Shown: positions 20,783 to 30,410, counted from the stretch's first letter. The stretch is 64,000 nt of DNA from Alphaproteobacteria bacterium (GCA_018818925.1 JAHJQZ010000068.1:5458-69457); one strand, 5' to 3'. The notes: generated by a model not told the origin, from the sequence alone. Numbers and translations are program-made.

Positions 20783-21982
20783 ATGCTCAGCCCATCTATC
20801 GAACAAACGATCCGGTCGCTGGCCGAAACCCGTCCCGAGCGCAGCTTCTATCTCTACGACCCGTCGGTGATGGCGCAAAAGATCGCCGATCTTGGCGATA
20901 ACATGCCCGAAGGCGTCGCTATCTACTACGCCATGAAGGCCAATCCGCATGTCGCCTTTCTCGAAACGGCGCGTCGGGCCGGCGTCGCGGGTGTCGAGAT
21001 CGCCAGCCTCGGGGAAGGCAGGAAGGCGATTGAGGCCGGCTTCGCGCCGAACCAGATCATCTTTACCGGCCCGGGCAAGTCGCCCGAGGAGCTGGACTGG
21101 AGCGTTGCGGTCGGCATCCGAACCATCCATGTCGAATCCTTGACCGAGGCGCATCGCCTCAACGCCATCGCCGCCGCCCAGGGCCGCGTCCAGGACGTGC
21201 TGGTCCGCGTCAATCCGAATTTCCACGTCCACGGCGCCCAGGCCAATTTCTCCGGCGACAGCTCCAAGCTCGGCATGGACCAGGACAGGTTCCGCGCCGC
21301 CCTGCCGGAGATCCTGGCGCTCGAAAACCTCAATTTTGTCGGCCTGCACGTCTATTCCGCCTCCGGCGTTCTCGAGGTCTCAGACCTCTTGAAGAACTGC
21401 GAACTGGTGTTTGCGCTGGCGGCGGAAATCGAGGACCAGTACCAGGGCGTTTCCTGCTCGACCATCGATTTCGGCGGCGGCTTCGGCATCGACTATCTTC
21501 AGGAGGGCCGCGACTTCGCGCCCGGTCCCTATGCCGAGGGCCTGAGCCGGCTCATCTCCCGCTTCGGTTTCGCCGGACGGCGGTTCGTGCTCGAACTCGG
21601 CCGCTATCTCACCGCCGACAGCGGCTGGTACGCCACCGAAATCCTCGACATCAAGGATTCGCTCGGCAAGAAGCAGGTCGTGTGCGCCGGCGGTTCCCAC
21701 CATTTCCGCCGCCCCGCCGCGCTCGGCATCAACCACCCTGTTTCCATCGTTTCGATGAACCGCCCGAAAATCTTTGCCGGCCAGGAAAGCGTCGACAACG
21801 AAAGCGTTTTCATCGGCGGCCCGCTGTGCAACACCGCCGACCGCCTCTCGGCCAAGGACGTCGCCCTCGCCCATGCCGAGATCGGCGACATGGCGGTGTT
21901 CGAACTGGCCGGCGCCTACGGCTATTCGATGAGCCACCTCGAATTTCTGAGCCACGCCCACCCGCCCGAGATCGTGATTTAG
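20783..21982 (+). CDS. Type III PLP-dependent enzyme (Orn/DAP/Arg decarboxylase fold, LysA-like)
   Basis: 'YYAMKANPHVAFLE' (PLP-lysine motif), 'DFGGGFGIDY', 'CAGGSHHFRRP', 'GGPLCNTADRL'. Start taken at 'MLSPSIEQT'. Confidence 0.85.
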   Translation: MLSPSIEQTIRSLAETRPERSFYLYDPSVMAQKIADLGDNMPEGVAIYYAMKANPHVAFLETARRAGVAGVEIASLGEGRKAIEAGFAPNQIIFTGPGKSPEELDWSVAVGIRTIHVESLTEAHRLNAIAAAQGRVQDVLVRVNPNFHVHGAQANFSGDSSKLGMDQDRFRAALPEILALENLNFVGLHVYSASGVLEVSDLLKNCELVFALAAEIEDQYQGVSCSTIDFGGGFGIDYLQEGRDFAPGPYAEGLSRLISRFGFAGRRFVLELGRYLTADSGWYATEILDIKDSLGKKQVVCAGGSHHFRRPAALGINHPVSIVSMNRPKIFAGQESVDNESVFIGGPLCNTADRLSAKDVALAHAEIGDMAVFELAGAYGYSMSHLEFLSHAHPPEIVI

Positions 21983-22019
21983 ACCATGTCGCCCGCTGGC
22001 GGCAGCGGCGGCTCTGCTT

Positions 22020-22040
22020 CCCTCCCCTTGATGGGGAGGG
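22020..22040. repeat. GC-rich REP-like hairpin CCCTCCCC-ttgat-GGGGAGGG
   Basis: Read directly. Same type as the hairpins at 25586-25747 and 50187-50233. Confidence 0.6.
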
Positions 22041-22207
22041 TGGTCCGGCGCAGCCGGGTCGGGTGGGGTGGAGCCGCAGGCGCAGGCGCTGCGCCCTCCT
22101 CGCCCTTGGCGTCTCTCTGCCGTCCCGCTCCTCTTGCCACCCGTCTGCGATAACGATAATACAATCGCCATCACCGCCGCATCCCCCAGCAGGCACGGAG
22201 AACCGGA

Positions 22208-22633
22208 ATGGACAGGAAAATCGTCAAGCAGATCGCCCATGTCTGCATTTTCGCCCACGACATCGACGAAACCGCCGCGTGGTACGAAAAGGTTCTCGGC
22301 TTTCAAAAGATCTTCAATTTCACCCGCGACGGCCGGCCCTTCGGCTATTATCTCGATGCCGGCGGCAACACCCATGTCGAGGTCTTCGAAAAGGCCGAGT
22401 CGAAGTTCGCCGAGACCGACCAGATCAACCATATCTGCTTCGAGGTCATCGACATCGACTTCGTCATCGACCATGTCCGCGCGCTCGGCTACCCCGCCAA
22501 GGACAAGTCCAAAGGGTGCGACGACACCTGGCAGTCCTGGATCACCGATCCGAACGGGGTCAAGATCGAGCTGTTCCAGTACACGCCCCTCAGCGCCCAG
22601 TTCACCGGCCGCGACCGCGTCGCCCACTGGTAG
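22208..22633 (+). CDS. VOC family protein (glyoxalase/bleomycin-resistance/dioxygenase fold)
   Basis: 141 aa. 'IAHVCIFAHDIDETAAWYEKVLGF', 'INHICFEV', 'GVKIELFQY' are typical of the paired beta-alpha-beta-beta-beta VOC fold. Confidence 0.85.
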   Translation: MDRKIVKQIAHVCIFAHDIDETAAWYEKVLGFQKIFNFTRDGRPFGYYLDAGGNTHVEVFEKAESKFAETDQINHICFEVIDIDFVIDHVRALGYPAKDKSKGCDDTWQSWITDPNGVKIELFQYTPLSAQFTGRDRVAHW

Positions 22634-22704
22634 GCGCGGCACCCGCCTTGCCTTCCGGCCCCCGGCTCGGCTAACACTTGGTCGAGAGTTCGTTCAGGAT
22701 CAGC

Positions 22705-23226
22705 ATGCCAGGCGCCGACAATCCGGTCACTCGCGACCGGCTGCATTTCGAGGACCTGGAAGTGGGGCAGAGTTTTGCCCTGCCGCGCCGCCAGGTCACG
22801 CGCAAGATGATCCTCGATTTCGCCCATCGCTACGATCCCCTGCCGTTCCACACAAACGAGAAGGCGGCGAAGAAATCGCTGCTCGGCGGCCTCGCCGCCT
22901 CGGGCTGGCAGACGGCCGCCCTGAGCCTTCGCATGCTGGTCGACGTGTTCCTGTCCAAGGCCGCCTCCATGGGCGGGCTCGGCTTCACCGATTTGCGCTG
23001 GCATCGCCCGGTCTTTGTCGACGACACCATTTCCGGCACGGTGACCATTGTCCATTTGCGCGCCTCGGAAGGCCGGCCGGACTGGGGCATCGCTACGCTC
23101 GAATTCGATATCCGCAACCAGAACCGCCAGCAGGTTCTTTCCATGCGCCTCGACAATCTCATCCAGCGGCGCGACGCCCGCGTCGGCACGGACCGCGCCC
23201 CGCCCGCAACGGAGGCGGTGTCGTGA
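22705..23226 (+). CDS. MaoC-like (R)-hydratase/dehydratase, hot-dog fold, subunit 1
   Basis: 'FAHRYDPLPFHTNEKAAKKSLLGGLAASGW' matches the hydratase-2 motif region. Start taken at 'MPGADNPV'. Confidence 0.85.
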   Translation: MPGADNPVTRDRLHFEDLEVGQSFALPRRQVTRKMILDFAHRYDPLPFHTNEKAAKKSLLGGLAASGWQTAALSLRMLVDVFLSKAASMGGLGFTDLRWHRPVFVDDTISGTVTIVHLRASEGRPDWGIATLEFDIRNQNRQQVLSMRLDNLIQRRDARVGTDRAPPATEAVS

Positions 23227-23777
23227 CCTACTGGTACGAGGACATCGCGCTCGGCTCGCCTTACCCCTTGGGCGCGCACACCTTCAGCGAAGAGGAAATC
23301 GTCGCCTTCGCCGCCGAATTCGACCCGCAATATTTCCACATCGACAAGGAGGCGGCGCGCCACTCGCATTTCGGTTCCCTCATCGCCTCGGGCTGGCACA
23401 CGGTCTGTGTCGGCCACCGCATCATGGTCGACACCCTGTTCACCCAGGCCGACCTCCTGCGCGCAAAGGGCGAGACGCCGGGGGTCACCGGGCCCTCGCC
23501 CGGCGTCAACAAGATGGTGTTCAAGGCGCCGGTCCGGGCCGGCGACACCATTTCCTATGCCCTGACCGTCCGGCAGAAGCGCCCGAGCCAATCGCTGCCC
23601 GGCTGGGGCGTGCTCATCACCGCGATCGAGGCGCATAACCAGCACGGAGCGCTGGTCTATCACGCCGAGGTCGTCGGCTTTTCCAAACAGCGCGACTTCC
23701 GCCCCAACCTGACCCAGCGCCTGCTTATCGCCCTTGGCGGCTTGCCCGGCCTCGGGCGCATCGTGCGCGGGCGCTGA
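23223..23777 (+). CDS. MaoC-like (R)-hydratase/dehydratase, hot-dog fold, subunit 2
   Basis: GTG start overlapping the upstream stop (GTGA). 'FAAEFDPQYFHIDKEAARHSHFGSLIASGW'. This is the only coding-looking part of track ORF 22068..23777. Confidence 0.8.
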   Translation: MTYWYEDIALGSPYPLGAHTFSEEEIVAFAAEFDPQYFHIDKEAARHSHFGSLIASGWHTVCVGHRIMVDTLFTQADLLRAKGETPGVTGPSPGVNKMVFKAPVRAGDTISYALTVRQKRPSQSLPGWGVLITAIEAHNQHGALVYHAEVVGFSKQRDFRPNLTQRLLIALGGLPGLGRIVRGR

Positions 23778-23845
23778 CCGCGGCGCGCTCTTGACTTCGT
23801 TGCACAAGCCACCATCTCAAAAGGGAACAAACCGGAGGTCCCCCC

Positions 23846-24286
23846 ATGCTCTGGCTGGCAGAACTCGGACTGATCGTTCTGGCCCTTTTCGCCTTCGTCC
23901 AGCTCGTCCGTTCCGGCGGGCGCAACGGCAAGCTGCATGAGATCGCCGAGGAGCGCATCGCCGCCTACACGGCAACGCTGAGGCGCACCGGCGCCAATCC
24001 CGACCTCGCGGCAATGACCGATGCCGAACTGCACGACATTCTCGGCGCCGCCATCAGGCGTCTCAGCGCCGGCCAGGGCCGCAAGCTGGTGCTTCTGGTC
24101 TTTGGCGCCATCGCCACCGTGCTTGTCGGCATCATCTTCGGGGTCGAGGACGGCTGGCGCGCCTTTGCCGCGACCCTCGCCATCGGCGGCATCGCCCTGT
24201 TCGGCCTCGAGCGGGTCCTCGACCGCGCCACCCGCACCCCGCTCGAATCCCAGGGTCTCGACATCGAGCGCCTGCGGCTCGACTGA
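23846..24286 (+). CDS. Hypothetical membrane protein
   Basis: 146 aa, N-terminal TM helix plus two central TM helices. No family recognised. Confidence 0.55.
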   Translation: MLWLAELGLIVLALFAFVQLVRSGGRNGKLHEIAEERIAAYTATLRRTGANPDLAAMTDAELHDILGAAIRRLSAGQGRKLVLLVFGAIATVLVGIIFGVEDGWRAFAATLAIGGIALFGLERVLDRATRTPLESQGLDIERLRLD

Positions 24287-24302
24287 AACATGTTCAGCAA
24301 AA

Positions 24303-24377
24303 GTGGATACCGGTTTTGCGGTTCGAACATGCGACCGCTCAAAGATTTAGGCTATGCGTTTTGATTCCATCAAAACG
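24303..24377 (+). repeat. Dispersed intergenic repeat, copy A (core taccggttttgcggttcgaa ... gattccatc)
   Basis: The 20-nt core is identical to 63455-63474. Also shares cggttcgaa and gattccatc with 43505-43577. Ends in the 9-bp stem CGTTTTGAT-tcc-ATCAAAACG. Confidence 0.7.
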
Positions 24378-24469
24378 TGACATGACCTAGCGCCCCGCCT
24401 TGCCAAACCGCCGCGAACGCGCTTGTCTCCTTCCCTTCAAATCCATTGAAGCGAAGGAACCGACCGGCC

Positions 24470-25486
24470 ATGCTGCACGATCCGCTGCTGCCCAAGGGCA
24501 CGCTGACAACGCTCGACATCGCCTCGGCGGCGCTCGCCAACAACATGCTCGGCGACCCGACCACCCGCGCCGTCGTCGTCTATGTGCCGCATGGCCATGA
24601 CGGCGCCGGCCTGCCGCTGCTGGTCGATCTGGTCGGCTATACCGGTTCCGGGTTCAGCCATGTCAACTGGAAGAATTTCGGCGAGAACGTGCCCCAGCGC
24701 CTCGACCGGCTGATCGCCGGGGGCGACATGCCGCCCGCCATCGTCGCCTTCCCGGACTGCTTCACAAGGCTTGGCGGCAACCAGTACATCAACTCCGCCG
24801 CCATGGGGAACTGGGAAGATTTCCTTGTCGACGACATGTTGCCCGCGCTCGAATCCAGCTTCGGCTGCGGCGGCAAGGGCAGGCGCGGCGTCTTCGGCAA
24901 GTCCTCCGGCGGCTACGGCGCCATCGTCCACGCCATGCGCCGCGCCGATATCTGGGACGCCGCCGCCTGCCATTCCGGCGACATGGGTTTCGAGCTCGTC
25001 TATCTCAACGACATGCCGGCAACGCTGAGGCGCCTCGCCAAGAAGGACATGTCGATCGAAAGATTCCTCGCCGACCTCGAGGCCGATCCCAAGCCCGACG
25101 ACAAGGACATCCACGCCCTGATGGCGCTGGCGATGGCCGCCACCTACGATCCCGACCCCGGTGCCATCCGCGGCATCCGCCTGCCGGTCGATATGCACAC
25201 CTGCGAAGTGATCGACGAGCGCTGGGCCAAATGGCTCGACTGGGACCCGGTGCTCCTTGCCGACCGGGCCGAGGTCATCGCCAACCTCAAATCCTTGAAG
25301 GCCCTGTGGATCGAATGCGGCACCGAGGACCAGTACAACCTCGTCTACGGCGCCCGCCGCCTGCATGCCAAGCTCGTCGCGGCCGGAGTCGCGCATCGCT
25401 ACGAGGAATTCCCCGACACCCATTCGAGCATCGACTACCGCATGGACAAGACGCTGCCCTTCCTGGCGAAGGCGCTGAGCGAATAG
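24470..25486 (+). CDS. Alpha/beta hydrolase, putative esterase family (enterochelin-esterase/S-formylglutathione-hydrolase-like)
   Basis: Nucleophile elbow 'GKSSGGYGA'. Start taken at 'MLHDPLLPKG'. Confidence 0.8.
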   Translation: MLHDPLLPKGTLTTLDIASAALANNMLGDPTTRAVVVYVPHGHDGAGLPLLVDLVGYTGSGFSHVNWKNFGENVPQRLDRLIAGGDMPPAIVAFPDCFTRLGGNQYINSAAMGNWEDFLVDDMLPALESSFGCGGKGRRGVFGKSSGGYGAIVHAMRRADIWDAAACHSGDMGFELVYLNDMPATLRRLAKKDMSIERFLADLEADPKPDDKDIHALMALAMAATYDPDPGAIRGIRLPVDMHTCEVIDERWAKWLDWDPVLLADRAEVIANLKSLKALWIECGTEDQYNLVYGARRLHAKLVAAGVAHRYEEFPDTHSSIDYRMDKTLPFLAKALSE

Positions 25487-25585
25487 CGGTGGGGCTCCTG
25501 CGCTTCCCACCCATTCAAGGGCAGGGCAATCGCATTTGGCGCCGGCATGCCGCGCGGCCCCACCCTCACCCGCCCCTTCGGGGCA

Positions 25586-25747
25586 CCCTCTCCCGTCAAG
25601 GGAGAGGGGGACTACGGCAGACTTCGTCGCACTCTACCCTTCTCCCCTTGCGGGAGAAGGTGGCGCGTAGCGCCGGATGAGGGGGCTGCGCCGTTGCCAT
25701 CTCGCTCCAGATCAAACGCGTTTGTCCTCCCCCGTTTGCGGGGGAGG
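25586..25747. repeat. Cluster of GC-rich REP-like hairpins (three main stem-loops plus one short one)
   Basis: CCCTCTCCC-gtcaa-GGGAGAGGG (25586-25608), CCTTCTCCC-cttgc-GGGAGAAGG (25638-25660), GGCGC-gta-GCGCC (25662-25674), CCTCCCCC-gtttgc-GGGGGAGG (about 25726-25747). Confidence 0.7.
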
Positions 25748-25822
25748 GGGATCATGCGCAGCATGGTGGGTGCCTGCGCCGAGCGTTGCTCGGCCGGCGC
25801 CGCCGCAAACCGGATCCGTCGC

Positions 25823-26209
25823 TTACGGCATGTCGACCTGCACGCCGGTGATGTTGCTGCCGTAGCCGAAGACCGTGACGTTGATGAACACCTCGTTGTC
25901 GACGATCGTCCGGCGCTGGGCGGCCGTGAAACCGGCATTGACCAGCAGGCGTTCCAGCTTGGCGCGGTTGTTGGCATTGGCGAACAGCCCGTCCCATTCG
26001 TCCCACTGGTCCTGGATACCGAACTTGTGGAAATTGGCGCGGTCCTGCCGGATCACCTGCCAGGGCTCGCTCAGCTGCGCCCCGTTGGAATTGTAATGGT
26101 CGGCGGAGCCGAGATAGGCGCCGTATTGGGCGATCACATTGCCCTGTGCCAGCGCCGCCGCCGGCATGAGACCGGCCAGCATGACAAGCATCGTCGAAAT
26201 ACGTTTCAT
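25823..26209 (-). CDS. Hypothetical secreted protein
   Basis: 128 aa with signal peptide 'MKRISTMLVMLAGLMPAAALAQG'. No family recognised. Confidence 0.6.
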   Translation of the reverse strand: MKRISTMLVMLAGLMPAAALAQGNVIAQYGAYLGSADHYNSNGAQLSEPWQVIRQDRANFHKFGIQDQWDEWDGLFANANNRAKLERLLVNAGFTAAQRRTIVDNEVFINVTVFGYGSNITGVQVDMP

Positions 26210-26390
26210 ATTTTCCTCCGTTTGCTGCGCACCGGACGGGCCCGCACCCGCACCGGAAACCGCTGTCAGGCTCGCGAATGGTGTCAGTTAACACCCAAAT
26301 GGATGTCATAGAACGGATTGTGCGGCGGAGTTTGCACAGGCCTGCCAATTTGTCGCAGTCCGATGTCGCCGCGCTGCCCCGCCCTTGGGG

Positions 26391-26741
26391 TCACAGCCCG
26401 TCGCGCGCCGTGGCGATGCCCTCGATCATGACGAGACAGTCGGCGTCGTGGAACTCGGTCGTCGTGGTCATCCGCGCCGGATAGCGGTCCTTGTCGAAAT
26501 AGGGAGCGAACAATTTCTCCATTACCGCGAGATCGCCGATATGCCTCAGGTGAACCCGCACTTGCACCAGGCTGGCGAGCGGTCGGCCGAGCCGGCCGAG
26601 CGTCTTTTCGAGCCCCGCCATCGTGCCGATGAGCTGGCTGGCGAAATCGGTGCCCCCGGCCCGATGCAATCCAAGAAAGATGAAATCGCCCGCCCGCACT
26701 GCCGAGGAATAGCTGTGGGCCGTCGTGATGTAGTCCGGCAT
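26391..26741 (-). CDS. RidA/YjgF family protein
   Basis: 'YSSAVRAGDFIFLG', 'VQVRVHLRHI', 'PARMTTTTEF' fit the RidA fold. Start taken at 'MPDYITT' (the track ORF starts 9 codons earlier). Confidence 0.75.
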   Translation of the reverse strand: MPDYITTAHSYSSAVRAGDFIFLGLHRAGGTDFASQLIGTMAGLEKTLGRLGRPLASLVQVRVHLRHIGDLAVMEKLFAPYFDKDRYPARMTTTTEFHDADCLVMIEGIATARDGL

Positions 26742-26861
26742 GATGTGGTCCCCAGTGCATGAATGCACAAGAACATATCCTGAACATATCGTCTGGTCGG
26801 CGGCAATAGGCGCGCCGCGCGCCGATGTCGCGCAAATCCCGGGCGAAATACCCTTCCGGCC

Positions 26862-27425
26862 TCAATGCCCTTCGAACGACACCAGCGTGTGCACATCGAC
26901 ATCGAGCGCCCTGAGCTTGTCGGCACCGCCGAGTTCGGGCAGGTCGATGACAAAGCTTGAATGGGAGATTTCGGCGCCGGTGCGCCGCAACAGCTGCACC
27001 GCCGCGATGGCCGTGCCGCCCGTGGCGATCAGGTCGTCGACCAGGAGCACATGATCGCCCTTGTCAACCGCGTCGGCATGCATCTCGATCGTGTCGACGC
27101 CATATTCGAGGGCGTAGTTCTGCCCGATCGTCTCGCCCGGAAGCTTGCCGCGCTTGCGGATCGGCACGAAACCCACCCCGAGCGAGATGGCCACCGCCGC
27201 CCCGAAAATGAAGCCGCGCGCCTCGATGCCGGCGACATGGGTGATGCCCATGCCGCGATGGAACGAAGCCGACCGCTCGATCGCCTCGCGAAACCCGTAG
27301 GGGTTCTCGATCAGCGTGGTGATGTCGCGAAACATGATCCCGGGCTTGGGATAGTCGGGAATGGTGCGGATCAGGCTCTTGAGGTCGACGGGCAATTCAG
27401 GCTCCCACGGATTGGCTTGCCACAA
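26862..27425 (-). CDS. apt: Adenine phosphoribosyltransferase
   Basis: '[24 protein letters not shown]', '[12 protein letters not shown]', PRPP motif '[14 protein letters not shown]'. The only in-frame starts are TTG (27425 or 27395). Confidence 0.9.
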   Translation of the reverse strand: MWQANPWEPELPVDLKSLIRTIPDYPKPGIMFRDITTLIENPYGFREAIERSASFHRGMGITHVAGIEARGFIFGAAVAISLGVGFVPIRKRGKLPGETIGQNYALEYGVDTIEMHADAVDKGDHVLLVDDLIATGGTAIAAVQLLRRTGAEISHSSFVIDLPELGGADKLRALDVDVHTLVSFEGH

Positions 27426-27450
27426 AAGAAAAGGGCCCGCGAACGGGCCC
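27421..27450 (-). terminator. Rho-independent terminator downstream of petC
   Basis: Minus strand reads GGGCCCG-ttcg-CGGGCCC followed by TTTTCTTTTG. Confidence 0.6.
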
Positions 27451-27476
27451 CTGTCCAGCGTTCGGCAAAACCTAGC

Positions 27477-28301
27477 TCAGTGCTTGACGTTCGACCAGAG
27501 CTTGCGCTTGGTCAGATACATGAGGACCGCGAAGGCCGAGAGGATGATCAGCACCTTGAAACCGAGCTCCTTGCGCGCGATGAGGTGCGGCTCGGCCATC
27601 CACATCATGAAGGCCGAAACGTCCTTGGCATATTGCTCGGTGGTCATCGGCACGGACGCGTCGTCATAGGTGACGAGCCCGTCGGCGAGCGGCGGCGCCA
27701 TGGCGATCCCGCCGCCGAAAAAGGCGTTGTAATACTGCCCGGCCGGAATTTCGACGTCGTGCGGCGCCTCGGCATAGTTGGTCATCAGGTTGTAGACGTA
27801 GTCCGGGCCGCCCTCCTGATAGGCGATGAAATAGTTCATGATCCAGCCGAGCCCCGGCCGCTGCACGGTACGCGCCTTGGCCAGAACCGAGAAGTCGGGC
27901 GGCAGCGCGCCGTTGTTGGCGTCGCGGGCGTCCTGTTCGGTGGCAAAGGGCGCCGGCCAGCGGTCGGCCGGAATGCCCGAACGCTCGCCGTCCAGCGATG
28001 CCGGGTCGGCGATGGTGTATTCGGCGGCCAGCGCCTTGACCTGGCTCTCGGAATAGTTGAGACCGCCCTCCTCCGAAAGATTGCGGAAGGAAATGAGGTT
28101 GGCCGAATGGCAGGCGGCGCAGACCTCGCGGAACACCTGGAAGCCGCGCTGCAGCTGGTGCTCGTCATAGGTGCCGAACAACCCGCCAAAGGTCCAGTCG
28201 CTGAATTTCGGCTCGACGCCGGCAGTCCCGGAGGCGTTCGCCGGCGCTGAGAACAGTCCGGCAAGAGCGATGGCCATCAGAATGGTCTTTGCTTTGATCA
28301 T
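27477..28301 (-). CDS. petC: Cytochrome c1 (bc1 complex)
   Basis: Signal peptide, heme motif 'CAACHS', 'GALPPDFS', C-terminal TM anchor. Confidence 0.9.
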   Translation of the reverse strand: MIKAKTILMAIALAGLFSAPANASGTAGVEPKFSDWTFGGLFGTYDEHQLQRGFQVFREVCAACHSANLISFRNLSEEGGLNYSESQVKALAAEYTIADPASLDGERSGIPADRWPAPFATEQDARDANNGALPPDFSVLAKARTVQRPGLGWIMNYFIAYQEGGPDYVYNLMTNYAEAPHDVEIPAGQYYNAFFGGGIAMAPPLADGLVTYDDASVPMTTEQYAKDVSAFMMWMAEPHLIARKELGFKVLIILSAFAVLMYLTKRKLWSNVKH

Positions 28302-28320
28302 TTCGCTTTGGTCCTTCGCT

Positions 28321-29577
28321 CTAGGCCGGTTTCGCCAGCACCGCTTCCGAGATGCTCGTCGGCAAGGGCTTGGGCGTCTCGATGCGACTGACCACCGGCA
28401 GGATGACCAGGAAGTGCAGGAAATAGTAGGCCGTGGCGACCTTGGCCAGCGTGACGTAAATGCCCTCGGCCGGCTGCGCGCCCAGATACATGAGCAAGAG
28501 GAAATCGAGCACGAACACCCAGAAGAAGATCCTGAACATCGGCCGGAAACTGCCCGAGCGGACCTTGGAGACGTCGAGCCAGGGCAAAAAGAACAGGATG
28601 AGGATCGAGCCGGCGAAGAAGATGACGCCGCCGAGCTTTGAATCGATGAACAGGATGTTGAAATCGATCGCCCTCAGGATCGCGTAGAACGGCAGGAAGT
28701 ACCATTCGGGCACGATATGCGGCGGGGTCACCTGCGAGTTCGCCATGATGTAATTGTCGGGGTGCCCGAGAATGTCGGGCGCAAAGAACACGAACCAGGC
28801 GAACGGAATGAGGAAGACCGAGACGGCGAACAGGTCCTTGATCGTCGCATAGGGCGTGAACGGAACGGTGTCGTGGCTATCCTTGGGTTCGACGCCGGTC
28901 GGGTTGCCGTTGCCCGGGATGTGCAGCGCCCAGATATGCAGCATGACCACCGCCGCGATGACGAAGGGCAAAAGGTAGTGCAGCGAGAAGAAGCGGTTGA
29001 GCGTGGCGTTGTCGACCGCGAAGCCGCCCCGAAGCCATTGCAGGATCGGCTCGCCGACGAGCGGGATGGCGGCAAAGATGTTGGTGATAACGGTGGCGGC
29101 CCAGAAGCTCATCTGGCCCCAGGGCAGCACATAGCCCATGAAGGCCGTCGCCATCATCAGAAGGAAGATGATGACGCCGAGCATCCACAGAACCTCGCGC
29201 GGCGCCTTGTACGAGCCGTAGAACAGGCCGCGGAAGATATGGACATAGACCGCGAAGAAGAACATCGAGGCGCCGACGGCGTGGGTGCCCTGGATGATGC
29301 GGCCCCAGTTCACGTCGCGGCGGATATGCTCGACCGAGTTGAAGGCCAGATCGACATGCGGGGTGAAATGCATGGCCAGAATAATGCCGGTGACGATCTG
29401 CACCCCGAGGCACAGGGCCAGGATCATGCCGAAGGTCCACCAGTAGTTGAGATTCTTCGGGGTGGGGAAATCGACGAAGTGCTCCTTGCCGAAGCTCAGA
29501 AGCGGCAGGCGGTCGTTGAACCACTTGAGGGCGGGATTCTTCGGATCGTACTTTTCCGAGTTGTGCGTCAGCGCCAT
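28321..29577 (-). CDS. petB: Cytochrome b (bc1 complex)
   Basis: 418 aa with '[20 protein letters not shown]', '[18 protein letters not shown]', '[13 protein letters not shown]'. Confidence 0.95.
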   Translation of the reverse strand: MALTHNSEKYDPKNPALKWFNDRLPLLSFGKEHFVDFPTPKNLNYWWTFGMILALCLGVQIVTGIILAMHFTPHVDLAFNSVEHIRRDVNWGRIIQGTHAVGASMFFFAVYVHIFRGLFYGSYKAPREVLWMLGVIIFLLMMATAFMGYVLPWGQMSFWAATVITNIFAAIPLVGEPILQWLRGGFAVDNATLNRFFSLHYLLPFVIAAVVMLHIWALHIPGNGNPTGVEPKDSHDTVPFTPYATIKDLFAVSVFLIPFAWFVFFAPDILGHPDNYIMANSQVTPPHIVPEWYFLPFYAILRAIDFNILFIDSKLGGVIFFAGSILILFFLPWLDVSKVRSGSFRPMFRIFFWVFVLDFLLLMYLGAQPAEGIYVTLAKVATAYYFLHFLVILPVVSRIETPKPLPTSISEAVLAKPA

Positions 29578-29590
29578 TTGTCCTTGCCCC

Positions 29591-30142
29591 CTAACCGATC
29601 TGGACCGTGGTATCGCTCAGGAACGCGTAAGGCGGCACCACCAGGTTCTTCGGCGCCGGTCCCTTGCGGATACGGCCAGCGGTGTCGTAGTGCGAGCCGT
29701 GGCAGGGGCAGAACCAGCCGCCCTGGTTGCCATTAGAGGAGACCACGGTGTAGTCGCCGGCATTGGCGGTCGGGATGCACCCCAGATGCGTGCACGAGGC
29801 CAGCATGATCAGCCAGTTCTCGTGGCCCGACTTGGTGCGGGCCTCGTCCGTCTCGGGGTCGCGCAGCTCGTCGAGCGGCACCGTCTTGGCCGATTCGACT
29901 TCGGCTTCGGTGCGGTTGCGCACGAAGACCGGCAGGCCGCGCCACTTTATGGTGACCATCTGGCCGACCTCGATCGGGCTGAGGTCGAATTCGATGGAGG
30001 CCAGAGCCAGCGTCGAGGCGTCGGGATTCATCTGGTCGATGAGCGGCCAGACCGCGCTCGCTGCCGCGACGGCGCCGACGGCGCCGGTGGCGATGTAAAG
30101 GAAGTCGCGTCGCGTCGCGTCGCTTTTTGCTGCCGTTGCCAA
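29591..30142 (-). CDS. petA: Ubiquinol-cytochrome c reductase Rieske iron-sulfur subunit
   Basis: Rieske boxes 'CTHLGC' and 'CPCHGSHY'. Tat-like N-terminus '[11 protein letters not shown]'. Confidence 0.95.
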   Translation of the reverse strand: MATAAKSDATRRDFLYIATGAVGAVAAASAVWPLIDQMNPDASTLALASIEFDLSPIEVGQMVTIKWRGLPVFVRNRTEAEVESAKTVPLDELRDPETDEARTKSGHENWLIMLASCTHLGCIPTANAGDYTVVSSNGNQGGWFCPCHGSHYDTAGRIRKGPAPKNLVVPPYAFLSDTTVQIG

Positions 30143-30410
30143 ATGTGACCCCCGTCCGAAAGAAATGCCTCTTGCCTGCCTGCCCGGCTTTCCGGCGCGA
30201 ATCGCCGGCCGCGGCAGACAAACTCACCCCCTCCGCCGAATTGACAATCCGCGGATTTGGGGGGTTCTTTTTGCACTCTGCCGATCGCTTGTCCAGCCTT
30301 GCTACATTTGGCCGCACGGGACTGCGACAATATGTCCTGTTGCGCCATGTTGCGCGCGGGCCGGCCGTGGCATGAACGCCTGTGTTCCGCCTCTTTGCCG
30401 TGGATATCCC

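Noticed and set aside
22068-23222. N-terminal 385 codons of the 569-aa ORF 22068..23777
   Set aside because: They run out of frame across the VOC and first MaoC genes with a Pro/Arg/Ser-rich translation. Only the part from GTG 23223 onward, the second MaoC domain, is credible.
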